Positions 9,262 to 18,623 of a stretch of DNA of 64,000 nt are shown in pieces. The first letter of the stretch is position 1. Every line of letters begins with the position of its first letter. The stretch lies in assembly GCA_963782055.1 (NCBI GenBank), contig CAWAIF010000002.1, positions 160,001 to 224,000 on the forward strand, written 5' to 3'. Source of the DNA: an uncultured delta proteobacterium. Lineage in GTDB: Bacteria > Myxococcota_A > Polyangia > Polyangiales > Polyangiaceae. The position numbers and the translations under genes are program-made. Below the pieces are notes generated by a model. That model saw nothing but the letters and a program-made list of their open reading frames with translations, was not told where the DNA came from and made no database searches.

Positions 9262-10761
9262 TCACACCGGGGCGATGGCCAGGCTCCGCCTCGGCCGGGC
9301 CTTCCCCGGCGCCTCGAGCGCGGCGAAGGCACGCTTGTAGGCCGCAAAATCAGCGCCCTGCTCCACCGCCTGGAGCACGGCGAGGCCCTCGGCCTCGGCG
9401 CCCTGCGCCAGCACGTACTCCACCCAGGCCCACTTGGCGCTGGTGGAGCGCACGTCCGCCTTGCCCTTCAGCCCGGAGCGCAGCCGCGCGAGCCGGTCCT
9501 GCACCAGACGCACCCCGGCGAAGGGCTGACCGTCCATCGGCGTGTTGCGCTTGGCGCAGAAGGGCGCGATCCCGAGCGACACCGGCACCACGCGCGACAG
9601 CTCCCCCACGAAGCTCGCGCACTCGTCGATGTCGGCGTCGGTCTCGGTGGGGAGGCCGATCATCAGGTAGAGCTTCAGCCGGTCCATGCCGTGCGCCTTG
9701 GCGAGCGCGGCGCAGCGCTCCAGGTGCTTGACCTTCGCGCGCCGCTCCAGCGACGCGCGCAGCCGCTCCGATGGGCCGTCCATCGCCGTCGTGAGGGTGC
9801 GGTAGCCCCCGCGCTTCAGCGCGCCGACGAGATCGTCGTTCAGCCTGTCCGGCCGCAGCGAGGAGAGCCCCACCTCGCGCCCCTGGTCGGCGAGGGTGTT
9901 CACGATCTGCGCGATACGCGGGTGATCGCTCACGGCCGCGCCGACGAGCCCCACGCGCTTCGCGTCCGGGGGCACCAGCCCCAGGATCGTCTCCATGGGC
10001 ACGAGGCGCATGCCGCCGTTGGTGCTCCGCCGCATGACGCAGTAGGTGCAGGTGCGCGAGCAGCCGCGCTCCGTCTCCACCAGGAACATGTCCTTGAGCA
10101 CCGCGTGCGGGGTGCGGATCGCCGCCCACGCGGGGACCATCTCCGGCGGCGCCTTCGCCACCAGCGGCAGCACCGACCCGTGGTGCTCCGGCACGAAGAC
10201 GTGGGGGATGCGCGCGAGCGCGGCGAGGCGCGCCGCCTTCCCCGCCGTGCCCTCCAGCGTGCGCAGCACCTCCACGACCAGCGCCTCCGCCTCCCCCACC
10301 ACGATGGCGTCGGCGAAGGGCGCGAGCGGCAGCGGGTTGGAGAAGGTGAGCGGCCCGCCGGCGAGGACGAAGGGGTCCTTCTCCCCGCGCTCGTGGCGCA
10401 GCGGCGGGATGCGCGCGGCCTGGAGCATCCGCAGCATGCCGGCCATCTCCAGCTCGTAGGCCACGCTGAAGGCGACGACGGGCAGCTCCTCCATCGGCCG
10501 GAGCGACTCGTAGGTGCGCGGTCGCGACTGCCTGGCGAGGCGGCCCTCCGCATCGTCGTCCAGGAAGACGCGCTCGCACGCCAGGCCGTCGGCCTCCTGG
10601 ATGGCGCGGTAGATGCGCTGGTAGCCGAGCGAGCTCATCCCCGCCGCGTAGGGCGAGGGGTAGGCGAGGGCGACGGTGAAGGGCGCCTGCTTGGGCAGGG
10701 CCCCCACCTCGTCCGCGAGCCGTGTCCGGATCAGCGCGTCCTGTCGCACGACACGCTCCAT
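9262..10761 (-). CDS. Radical SAM protein with N-terminal B12-binding-like domain
   Basis: YPSPYAAGMSSLG, FSVAYEL, ERGCSRTCTYC (CxxxCxxC), KLYLMIGLPTET. Confidence 0.85.
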   Translation of the reverse strand: MERVVRQDALIRTRLADEVGALPKQAPFTVALAYPSPYAAGMSSLGYQRIYRAIQEADGLACERVFLDDDAEGRLARQSRPRTYESLRPMEELPVVAFSVAYELEMAGMLRMLQAARIPPLRHERGEKDPFVLAGGPLTFSNPLPLAPFADAIVVGEAEALVVEVLRTLEGTAGKAARLAALARIPHVFVPEHHGSVLPLVAKAPPEMVPAWAAIRTPHAVLKDMFLVETERGCSRTCTYCVMRRSTNGGMRLVPMETILGLVPPDAKRVGLVGAAVSDHPRIAQIVNTLADQGREVGLSSLRPDRLNDDLVGALKRGGYRTLTTAMDGPSERLRASLERRAKVKHLERCAALAKAHGMDRLKLYLMIGLPTETDADIDECASFVGELSRVVPVSLGIAPFCAKRNTPMDGQPFAGVRLVQDRLARLRSGLKGKADVRSTSAKWAWVEYVLAQGAEAEGLAVLQAVEQGADFAAYKRAFAALEAPGKARPRRSLAIAPV

Positions 10762-10813
10762 ACGTCCTGGGCGGCCGGGCGCAAGCAAAACGTGCAATCT
10801 GCACGCATGCTCG

Positions 10814-11404
10814 TCACCGCCGGCTGCTGGGCGCCTCGCTGCGGGTGGTACGCGGTGCGTCGCTGTTGCGGACGCGCGGGGTCGGCGGGTCGGAGGGGAG
10901 CGTCGCGCGGCCGTTGGCCAGCCGGTCGATCTGGCGCATCATGTCGCCGACCAGGGTGCGCAGCGCGAGGATGCTCGCCGCGTGGTCCCGGCTCTCCCCC
11001 GAGCGGCGCCCGCGCCCCGCCGTGGGCGGCTCCCACGAGGCCTTCTCCAGGTCCTCCACCTGCCGGCGCAGCTCCGCCATGCGGGCGTCCTGCACCGTGC
11101 GCTCCTCGTTCAGCTTGGCGAGGGTCTTCTCCAGCTGGGAGACCCGTTGCTCCGCTTGCGTCGCCCGCGCGATGAGCCGGCCGAGGAGCACGTCCAGGTC
11201 CCCCTCCGCCTGCGCGCGTTCCTTCGCGAGCTCCACCTCGACGGAGTTGTTCCGCGGATGGCGCTTGGAGCCCTCCACCTTCGGGAGGTCCGACTCGCTC
11301 ATGCGCCCCCGGCGCGAGGACGCCTCGTTGGGGGGCATGGTATCGACGCGCGGGTCTCGCTTCGCTCGGCCTAGCTTGGTGGTGGGGCGGCGCTGATCGC
11401 TCAT
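10814..11404 (-). CDS. Hypothetical coiled-coil protein
   Basis: Heptad-like central region with GC3-rich codons; start uncertain. Confidence 0.5.
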   Translation of the reverse strand: MSDQRRPTTKLGRAKRDPRVDTMPPNEASSRRGRMSESDLPKVEGSKRHPRNNSVEVELAKERAQAEGDLDVLLGRLIARATQAEQRVSQLEKTLAKLNEERTVQDARMAELRRQVEDLEKASWEPPTAGRGRRSGESRDHAASILALRTLVGDMMRQIDRLANGRATLPSDPPTPRVRNSDAPRTTRSEAPSSRR

Positions 11405-11564
11405 GAGTGGCGGACGACGATGATGCCTCAACTGCGGGGGAGCCCGCCGCTCTTTTTGCGAGCGCGCCCCGGCGTGACGTTCGTGCGAAAAGACGCCCCG
11501 CCCCTGGCGAAAGCGCAGGGTTCCCTACATACTATGGTCCACCTTTTTTTGCGGCGGAGGCTTC

Positions 11565-14135
11565 ATGGCGACGGCTTGGACGTGGGGGGTGCGGCTGGGG
11601 ACGGTGACGGCGGCGCTCTGGCTGGCGGTGGGGGCCGCGACCGGCTGCTCCGACGACAACGGCACCTCGCCCGACGCCGGCCAGCCCGACGCCGGCGGGG
11701 ACGTCACGGCCGACGCGCCCTCGCAGGGGGACATGCTGCCGCCCAACGCTCCGGACAAGGTGACCGAGTGCAACCGTCCGGACATCCCGCCTGCCACCAC
11801 AGGCACGTGCTCCGTCACCGCCGGCACCAAGGGCAAGCTCTTCCGCGGCACCGTGCTCGCCCCGCACGAGGTCCTGCACAAGGGCGAGGTGCTCATCGAC
11901 GACGCCGGCATGATCGTGTGCACCGGCTGCGACTGCTCCAGCTCGCCCGATTACGCCGCGGCCACCGTCGTCGCCTGCGCCGACGGCGTCATCTCCCCCG
12001 GCCTCATCAACCCGCACGATCACATCACCTACGCCAACAACGCGCCGGTCCCGCCCTCGACGGAGCGCTACGACCACCGCAACGAGTGGCGCAAGGGCCT
12101 CAACGGGCACCCGCCCATCTACACCAAGAGCGGCGCCAACACGCAGGTCCAGCTCTACGCCGAGCTGCGCTTCGTCATGAGCGGCGCCACCAGCCTCATC
12201 GCCTCCGGCGGCAAGAAGGGCCTCGCCCGCAACCTGGACGCCAACGACCCGATGCTCCACGAGGGCGTGCCCATCCAGGGCGCGGACTACGACACCTTCC
12301 CGCTCGACGACTCCGACGGCACGATGCTCACCTCCGGCTGCGCGTACGGTTCCCGTCGCACCAAGGCCGCCACGGTCGCGCACGACCAGGCGTACGTCCC
12401 TCACCTCGGCGAGGGCGTCAGCGCCGCGGCCCACAACGAGCTGCTCTGCACCAACAACTCCGCCGGCGACTACAATCTCTTCCAGCCGCCGACGTCCATC
12501 ATCCACTCCGTCGCCGCCCTCCCCGACGACGCCGCGCAGATGCGCACCGACCAGACGCGCATCATCTGGTCCCCGCGCTCCAACCTCTCGCTGTACGGCA
12601 ACACCGCGCCGGTCACCATGTACGACGCCATGGGCGTTCCCATCGCCCTGGGCACCGACTGGATCCCCTCCGGCGGCATGAACATCCTGCGCGAGCTCAC
12701 CTGCGCCGACTCCCTCAACCAGAAGTATTTCGGCAAGCACTTCAGCGACGCCGACCTCTGGCGCATGGTCACCCTGAACGCCGCGTACGCCGGCGGCGCG
12801 GGCGGGGTGCTCGGCGCCCTCAAGCCCGGCTACCTGGCCGACATCTCCATCTTCGACGGCAAGGTCAACAAGGACCACCGCGCGGTGATCGACGCCGGCG
12901 TGGAGGACGTGGTGCTCGTGCTGCGCGGCGGCAAGGTCCTCTACGGGGACGACGCGCTCGTCGCCGACCCGGCCATCGGCGGGCAGAGCTGCGAGTCGAT
13001 GGGCGACGTGTGCGGCCGCGCCAAGCGCGCCTGCGTCGCGCAGGACGTGGGCGGCACCACCACGCTGGCCACCCTGCACGCGGCGGGCGACCCCATCTAC
13101 CCGCTCTACTTCTGCAAGGATCAGACGCCGACGGACGAGCCCACGTGCACGCCCTACCGCGACACCTACCCCAACGGCATCACGGCGACGGACAAGGACG
13201 GCGACGGCATCGACGACGCCTCCGACGACTGCCCCGACGTCTTCAACCCCATCCGCCCGATGGACGACGGCAAGCAGAGCGATCAGGACAGCGACGGCAT
13301 CGGCGACGCGTGCGACAAGTGCCCGCTCGACGCCGCCAACGCCTGCGCCCGGCCCAACGCCCAGGACATCGACGGCGACGGCATCGTCGACGACCTGGAC
13401 GACTGCCCCCGCGTGGCGGACCCGTCGCAGGCGGACGGCGACGGCGACGGCGTGGGCGACGCGTGCGACAGCTGCCCCGTCAAGAACCCCGGCGCGACGC
13501 CGTGCCCGCTCTCCATCGAGACGATTCGCGACCCCAAGGCCGCCAACCACCCGCCGCCCGACGCCATCGTGGTCTTGCCGCCCGCCTACGTGACCGAGTC
13601 GGTCTCCGGCGCCAACGGCGGCTTCTCCATGCAGGACGACACGCTGGCGCCGTACAGCGGCATCTACGTGACGTACGGGTCGGGCGCCTCGTCGATCAAG
13701 CGCGGGAACAAGGTCGTGGTCACCGGCGTCGTCATCGACGGGTTCGGCCTCGGCACCATCATCGCGTCGGACGTGCAGGTGGTCGACTCGGGCACCACCC
13801 TGCCCTTCTCGCCCATCCCGGTCTCCACGCAGGACATCGGGACGGGCGGCCCGCTCGTCGACACCTACCAGAGCATGCTGCTCACGCTCTCCAACGTCAC
13901 CATCACCGACGACATCCCCGACGGCGCGAACAGCAAGTTCTACGAGTTCGTCGTGAACGGGAACGTGCGCATCGACGACCAGTTCTACACGCGCTACGGC
14001 ACGCCCACCAACGGCCCGTACCCGCCCACCGGCTTCACCAAGGGCACGACCTTCACCACGCTCACCGGCGTGCTGGGCTACTCCTTTTACAACTCCAAGC
14101 TCTGGCCCAGGGACTCCGGCGACATCGTTCCCTGA
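11565..14135 (+). CDS. Lipoprotein amidohydrolase with thrombospondin type-3 (Ca-binding) repeats and C-terminal OB-like domains
   Basis: GGAGG RBS, lipobox [26 protein letters not shown] and LGTDW amidohydrolase motifs, and repeated DxDGDGIxDxCDxCP. Confidence 0.8.
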   Translation: MATAWTWGVRLGTVTAALWLAVGAATGCSDDNGTSPDAGQPDAGGDVTADAPSQGDMLPPNAPDKVTECNRPDIPPATTGTCSVTAGTKGKLFRGTVLAPHEVLHKGEVLIDDAGMIVCTGCDCSSSPDYAAATVVACADGVISPGLINPHDHITYANNAPVPPSTERYDHRNEWRKGLNGHPPIYTKSGANTQVQLYAELRFVMSGATSLIASGGKKGLARNLDANDPMLHEGVPIQGADYDTFPLDDSDGTMLTSGCAYGSRRTKAATVAHDQAYVPHLGEGVSAAAHNELLCTNNSAGDYNLFQPPTSIIHSVAALPDDAAQMRTDQTRIIWSPRSNLSLYGNTAPVTMYDAMGVPIALGTDWIPSGGMNILRELTCADSLNQKYFGKHFSDADLWRMVTLNAAYAGGAGGVLGALKPGYLADISIFDGKVNKDHRAVIDAGVEDVVLVLRGGKVLYGDDALVADPAIGGQSCESMGDVCGRAKRACVAQDVGGTTTLATLHAAGDPIYPLYFCKDQTPTDEPTCTPYRDTYPNGITATDKDGDGIDDASDDCPDVFNPIRPMDDGKQSDQDSDGIGDACDKCPLDAANACARPNAQDIDGDGIVDDLDDCPRVADPSQADGDGDGVGDACDSCPVKNPGATPCPLSIETIRDPKAANHPPPDAIVVLPPAYVTESVSGANGGFSMQDDTLAPYSGIYVTYGSGASSIKRGNKVVVTGVVIDGFGLGTIIASDVQVVDSGTTLPFSPIPVSTQDIGTGGPLVDTYQSMLLTLSNVTITDDIPDGANSKFYEFVVNGNVRIDDQFYTRYGTPTNGPYPPTGFTKGTTFTTLTGVLGYSFYNSKLWPRDSGDIVP

Positions 14136-14263
14136 GAAGGACGGCCGCCCACGCGGTGTCCTCCCGGGGCCCTTTTCCCGGGCAATCCGTGGTATCTGCA
14201 AGGTCCGGGTGGATCCGGGCCTCCGGGCCTCGGGGGGCCCGCCCACTCCACGGAGGACCTCGG

Positions 14264-15415
14264 ATGGCGCGCGTGAGCCTGCGTACAGTCCTGCTGGTCG
14301 CCGCGGCGGCGTGCGTCGCGGCGGTCGCCGGCTGCAAGTCCAACAAGAACCAGATCGTGGTGGGGGCCTACCTCTCCCTCTCCGGCCCGGACACCACCTT
14401 CGGCACCGACACCCGCGAGGGCATCGAGCTCGCCCTGGACGAGGTGAACGCGAAGGGGGGCATCAAGGGCAAGAAGGTGAAGGTGCTGTACGAGGACGAC
14501 AAGTCCAACACCAACGAGGCGACCAACAAGGTCCAGCAGCTCATCGACCGCGACCACGCGGTCGCCGTCCTGGGGGAGGTGGCGTCCAGCCGGTCGCTCG
14601 CCGGCGGCCTGGTCTGCAACAAGAAGCACGTGCCGATGGTCACGCCCTCCTCCACGGCGGTCGAGGTGACGAAGGACCGCGAGTGGGTCTTCCGCGTCTG
14701 CTTCACCAACGACCAGGAGGGCGACGTCGCCGCCCGCTTCCTCCACGACACCCTGAAGAAGAAGGACGTGGCCGTCTTCTACGTCGCGCAGGACACCTAC
14801 TCCTCCGGGCTGGCCCAGGCCTTCAAGGACAGCTTCCAGAAGCTGGGCGGGCACATCGTCATCGAGAAGGGCTACCAGAAGGGGGAGACCAACTTCACCA
14901 CGTACCTGGATGACATCAAGGCCGCACACCCGGACGTCATCTACACGCCCGTCTACTACAACGACATGGTGCAGATCGCGCGGGACGCCCACGAGGCGGG
15001 CATCCCCGGCAGCACCTTCTTCGGCGGCGACGCGTGGGACTCGGCGAACCTCATCGAGGGCGCGGGCGGCCTGCTGGAGGGCGCCTACTTCACCGACCTC
15101 TACGCGCCGGACGTGCCGTGGCCGAGCTCGCACGCCTTCCTCTCCGGGTACACCAGGAAGTACGGCCACGCGCCCTCCAGCATGGCGGCGCAGGGCTACG
15201 ACGCCGCGCGCCTCCTCTTCGACGCCATCGGCCGCGCCAGGCAGCCGAAGCCACAGGACATCAAGGACGCCCTGGCGAGCACCAAGGACTTCCAGGGCGC
15301 CACCGGGACCTTGACCATCGACAAGGAGCACAACGCCAACAAGCCGATCGTCGTCGTCCAGATCAAGAACAAGAAGTTCACCTACTCCACGCAGCTCTCC
15401 TCCGCCTCGGAGTGA
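14264..15415 (+). CDS. Branched-chain amino acid ABC transporter substrate-binding lipoprotein (LivK/LivJ family)
   Basis: GGAGG RBS, lipobox VAGC, NAKGGIKG, YEDDKS, FRVCF, GYDAA, FQGATG. Confidence 0.9.
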   Translation: MARVSLRTVLLVAAAACVAAVAGCKSNKNQIVVGAYLSLSGPDTTFGTDTREGIELALDEVNAKGGIKGKKVKVLYEDDKSNTNEATNKVQQLIDRDHAVAVLGEVASSRSLAGGLVCNKKHVPMVTPSSTAVEVTKDREWVFRVCFTNDQEGDVAARFLHDTLKKKDVAVFYVAQDTYSSGLAQAFKDSFQKLGGHIVIEKGYQKGETNFTTYLDDIKAAHPDVIYTPVYYNDMVQIARDAHEAGIPGSTFFGGDAWDSANLIEGAGGLLEGAYFTDLYAPDVPWPSSHAFLSGYTRKYGHAPSSMAAQGYDAARLLFDAIGRARQPKPQDIKDALASTKDFQGATGTLTIDKEHNANKPIVVVQIKNKKFTYSTQLSSASE

Positions 15416-15440
15416 GGGGCGCGGGCGCCGGGACGCACAC

Positions 15441-16355
15441 GTGGAGAAGCTCGTCAGCGCGCTGGTGACCGGTCTCGCCCAGGGCGCGATGATCGCCCTC
15501 GTCGCGCTCGGCTACTCGATGGTCTACGGCGTCCTGAAGCTGATCAACTTCGCCCACAGCGAGGTGTTCATGATGTCCGCCTACGCGGGCCTCTTCGCCA
15601 TCGCGGCGCTCGGCGGCGAGGCCCACCCGCTGCTCGCCGGCGTCGCGGGCACCGTCGTGGCGATGGGCGCCGCCGCCGTGCTGGGCATGACGATCGAGCG
15701 CGTGGCCTACCGCCCCCTGCGCGGACGCGGCAGCGGCACGCTCGCCCGCGTGACCCCGCTGGTGACCGCGCTCAGCGTCTCGGTGCTCCTGCAGAACCTG
15801 GCGCAGCTCCTCTTCAGCGCGCGCTACCGCCCGTACCCGCCGCTCTTCCGCGGGGTCTCCGCGCTCAAGATCGGCTCCCTCGACGTCGGCCCGTCGCGCG
15901 TGGTCATCGTCGTCGCGGCGGTGGTGGTGATGGGCGCGCTGGAGCTCATCGTCCGCCGCACGTGGTTCGGCAAGGCGATGCGCGCCCTCTCCGCCAACGA
16001 GGAGGCGGCCAGGCTGATGGGCGTCAACACCTCCCGCGTCATCGCCCTCACCTTCGCGCTCGGGTCCAGCCTGGCGGCGGTGGGCGCGGTGCTCTTCTGC
16101 CTGGACCAGTCGCAGGTCTACCCGGTCATGGGCGTCATCATCGGCACACGCGCCTTCGTCGCGGCGGTGCTCGGCGGCATCGGCAACGTCACCGGCGCCA
16201 TGCTGGGTGGCCTGCTCCTCGGCGTCCTGGGCGAGCTGGTCAAGCTGACCGACTACTCCGGCGGCGTGGACGTCCTGGTCTTCGTGGTGCTCATCGTCGT
16301 CCTGCTGGTGCGTCCGGCGGGCCTGCTCGGCAGCACGCGCACGGAGAAGGTATGA
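15441..16355 (+). CDS. livH: Branched-chain amino acid ABC transporter permease
   Basis: ALGYSMVYGVLKLINFAHSE, GKAMRA, ARLMGVN, AAVLGGIG, RPAGLLG. Confidence 0.9.
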   Translation: MEKLVSALVTGLAQGAMIALVALGYSMVYGVLKLINFAHSEVFMMSAYAGLFAIAALGGEAHPLLAGVAGTVVAMGAAAVLGMTIERVAYRPLRGRGSGTLARVTPLVTALSVSVLLQNLAQLLFSARYRPYPPLFRGVSALKIGSLDVGPSRVVIVVAAVVVMGALELIVRRTWFGKAMRALSANEEAARLMGVNTSRVIALTFALGSSLAAVGAVLFCLDQSQVYPVMGVIIGTRAFVAAVLGGIGNVTGAMLGGLLLGVLGELVKLTDYSGGVDVLVFVVLIVVLLVRPAGLLGSTRTEKV

Positions 16356-16990
16356 AGGGCTCCCTGCTCGGCGTCTTCTTCGCCTCCGGCTTCGCCGCGC
16401 TCCTGTACCAGGTGGTGTGGCAGCGGTCGCTCTACGCCATCTACGGGATCAACATCGAGTCGGTCACCGTCGTCGTCACCGCCTTCATGCTCGGCCTCGG
16501 CCTGGGCAGCCTGGCCGGCGGCGCGGTGTCGAAGAACCCGAAGCGCCCGGCGCTCCTGGTCTTCGCGCTGGTGGAGATGTCCATCGGCGTCTTCGGCGTC
16601 CTCTCCCTGCCGCTCTTCCACTGGGCGGGCGCCCTCACCCTGGGCCTCTCCCCGCCGCTCACCGCCCTCTTCACCTTCCTGCTGGTGCTCTTCCCCACCA
16701 TGCTCATGGGCGGCACGCTCCCGCTGCTCGTCGCCCACGCGGTGCGGACGTCCGGCAACGTGGGGAAGGCGGTCGGCGCGCTCTACTACGTCAACACGCT
16801 GGGCTCGGCGTTCGCCTCGGTGCTGGCGGTGCTCGTCCTGATGGGCCGGCTCGGCCAGCAGCACACCATCTTCGTCGCCGCGGGCATCAACGCGCTCGTC
16901 GGGCTCACGGTGCTGCGGATGCACCTGCGCGAGCGCAGAGACGAGCGCGGGGCGGCCGCAGGCGCGTCGCCCGCGGGGGGTGACGCGTGA
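16352..16990 (+). CDS. Membrane domain of the fused MFS/spermidine synthase family (stand-alone N-terminal half)
   Basis: FFASGFAALLYQVVW, FMLGLGLG, PTMLMGGTLP, LYYVNTLG. ATGA overlap with livH. Confidence 0.8.
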   Translation: MKGSLLGVFFASGFAALLYQVVWQRSLYAIYGINIESVTVVVTAFMLGLGLGSLAGGAVSKNPKRPALLVFALVEMSIGVFGVLSLPLFHWAGALTLGLSPPLTALFTFLLVLFPTMLMGGTLPLLVAHAVRTSGNVGKAVGALYYVNTLGSAFASVLAVLVLMGRLGQQHTIFVAAGINALVGLTVLRMHLRERRDERGAAAGASPAGGDA

Positions 16991-18555
16991 CCTTCGCCGT
17001 CGCCCTCTTCATCGCCGCGGCCACGGGCTTCATCGCCCTGTCGTACGAGATCGTCTGGTACCGCGTCGTCGCCTTCCTCACGTGGAGCTCGCCGGCGTCC
17101 TTCGGCATCCTGCTCGGGGCGTACCTCACCGGCATCGCGCTCGGCTCGGCGGCGAGCGGGCGCTTCTGCCGCGATCCCGGCGCGCGGGGGCAGCCGCGCT
17201 ACCTCAGGGCGCTGGCCGCGTTCGTCTTCTTCGCCAACGTGGCGAGCTTCTTCGTGGTGCCGTCCATCGCCTACGCCGCGACGCGCGGGTCAGTCCTCTG
17301 GCCGCTCGTCGCCATCGCGGCCGCCGCCGGGCTGATGGGGGCGATCCTGCCGCTCCTCGCCCACTTCGCCATCGCCCCCGACGATCACGCCGGCCAGCGC
17401 CTCTCGTACCTGTATCTCGCGAACATCGTGGGCTCCGCCCTGGGCAGCCTGATCACCGGCTTCGTCTTCCTGGACCGGATGACCTTGCGCCAGGTGTGCG
17501 TGCTGCTCGCCCTCTCCGGCTTCGTCCTCGGGGCGCTGCTCTGGGTGGCCAGCCGCCCCGGCGTCGCGCGCGCGGCCGCCGGCGTCACCCTGGCCGCGGC
17601 GGCGTGCTTCGGCGCGTCGCGCGGGTCGACGTCGCTCTTCGACCGCATCTACGAGCGACTGCACTACCGCCATTTCTACACCGGCCAGCGCTTCGCCGAC
17701 GTCGTCGAGACGCGGAGCGGCGTCATCACCGTCACGCAGGACGGCGTGGTCTACGGCGGCGGGGCGTACGACGGCAGCATCAACACCACCCTCACCGACG
17801 ACCGCAACCACGTGGTGCGCATCTACGCCGCGCTCGCCATGCACCCGCACCCCCGGAAGGTGATCATGATCGGCCTCTCCTCGGGCTCGTGGGCGCAGAT
17901 CATCGCCAACGACACGCAGGTCGAGCACGAGACGGTCATCGAGATCAACCCGGGCTACCTCGGCATCATCCGCAAGTACCCGCAGGTCTCGTCCCTCCTT
18001 CACGACCCGAAGGTGGACATCCAGATCGACGACGGTCGCCGCTGGCTGCTGCGCCACCCCGACGCCAAGGCGGACCTCTTCGTCATGAACACGACGTGGC
18101 ACTGGCGCGCCCACTCAACCAACCTGCTCTCGCGCGAGTTCATGGAGATCGTCCGCGCGCACCTGCTCCCCGGCGGCATCCTCTTCTTCAACACCACCTC
18201 GTCCGGAGACGTGCAGAAGACGGCGGCGACGGTCTTCCCCTACGCTTACCGCGTCGTGAACTTCATGGCGGTGAGCGACAGCCCCTTCGCCCTCGACCCG
18301 GCGCGGTGGCGCGGTCTGCTCGAGACCTTCCGCGTGGAGGGCGACCCCGTCATCGACACCTCCACCGAGGCCGGCCGCACCCTCATGGCCAAGCTGATGA
18401 AGCTCCCGGCGTCGCTCTACTGGGACCCGCCCTCGGAGTGGGGAATGGAGTCGCGCGACAGCGTGCTCCGGCGCACCGCGCACGCGCGCATCGTGACCGA
18501 CGACAACATGGCCCCGGAGTTTTACCGGCCGCTGCGCTTCCCCGACCCGAATTGA
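16987..18555 (+). CDS. Fused membrane/spermidine-synthase-like SAM-dependent protein
   Basis: GFIALSYEIVW and YLANIVG TM repeat, then IGLSSG, IEIN, DDGRRWL, LSREF, LLPGG, TDDN. Confidence 0.8.
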   Translation: MTFAVALFIAAATGFIALSYEIVWYRVVAFLTWSSPASFGILLGAYLTGIALGSAASGRFCRDPGARGQPRYLRALAAFVFFANVASFFVVPSIAYAATRGSVLWPLVAIAAAAGLMGAILPLLAHFAIAPDDHAGQRLSYLYLANIVGSALGSLITGFVFLDRMTLRQVCVLLALSGFVLGALLWVASRPGVARAAAGVTLAAAACFGASRGSTSLFDRIYERLHYRHFYTGQRFADVVETRSGVITVTQDGVVYGGGAYDGSINTTLTDDRNHVVRIYAALAMHPHPRKVIMIGLSSGSWAQIIANDTQVEHETVIEINPGYLGIIRKYPQVSSLLHDPKVDIQIDDGRRWLLRHPDAKADLFVMNTTWHWRAHSTNLLSREFMEIVRAHLLPGGILFFNTTSSGDVQKTAATVFPYAYRVVNFMAVSDSPFALDPARWRGLLETFRVEGDPVIDTSTEAGRTLMAKLMKLPASLYWDPPSEWGMESRDSVLRRTAHARIVTDDNMAPEFYRPLRFPDPN

Positions 18556-18623
18556 GAGGACGCGCGCGCGGCGCGGTTTGGCCGACGGCCGCCCGCACGG
18601 GAGAGTAGACTCCGCCTCCGTCC

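Noticed and set aside
13190..13480. Repeated GACGGCGACGGC units as a possible CRISPR or tandem DNA repeat
   Set aside because: These are in-frame TSP3 (DxDGDG) protein repeats with no constant repeat/spacer structure.
11420..15415. 1331-aa ORF apparently fusing a long N-terminus to the LivK-like protein
   Set aside because: The N-terminal part is an Arg/Pro-rich off-frame shadow of the amidohydrolase gene. The real start is ATG 14264, with an RBS and lipoprotein signal.
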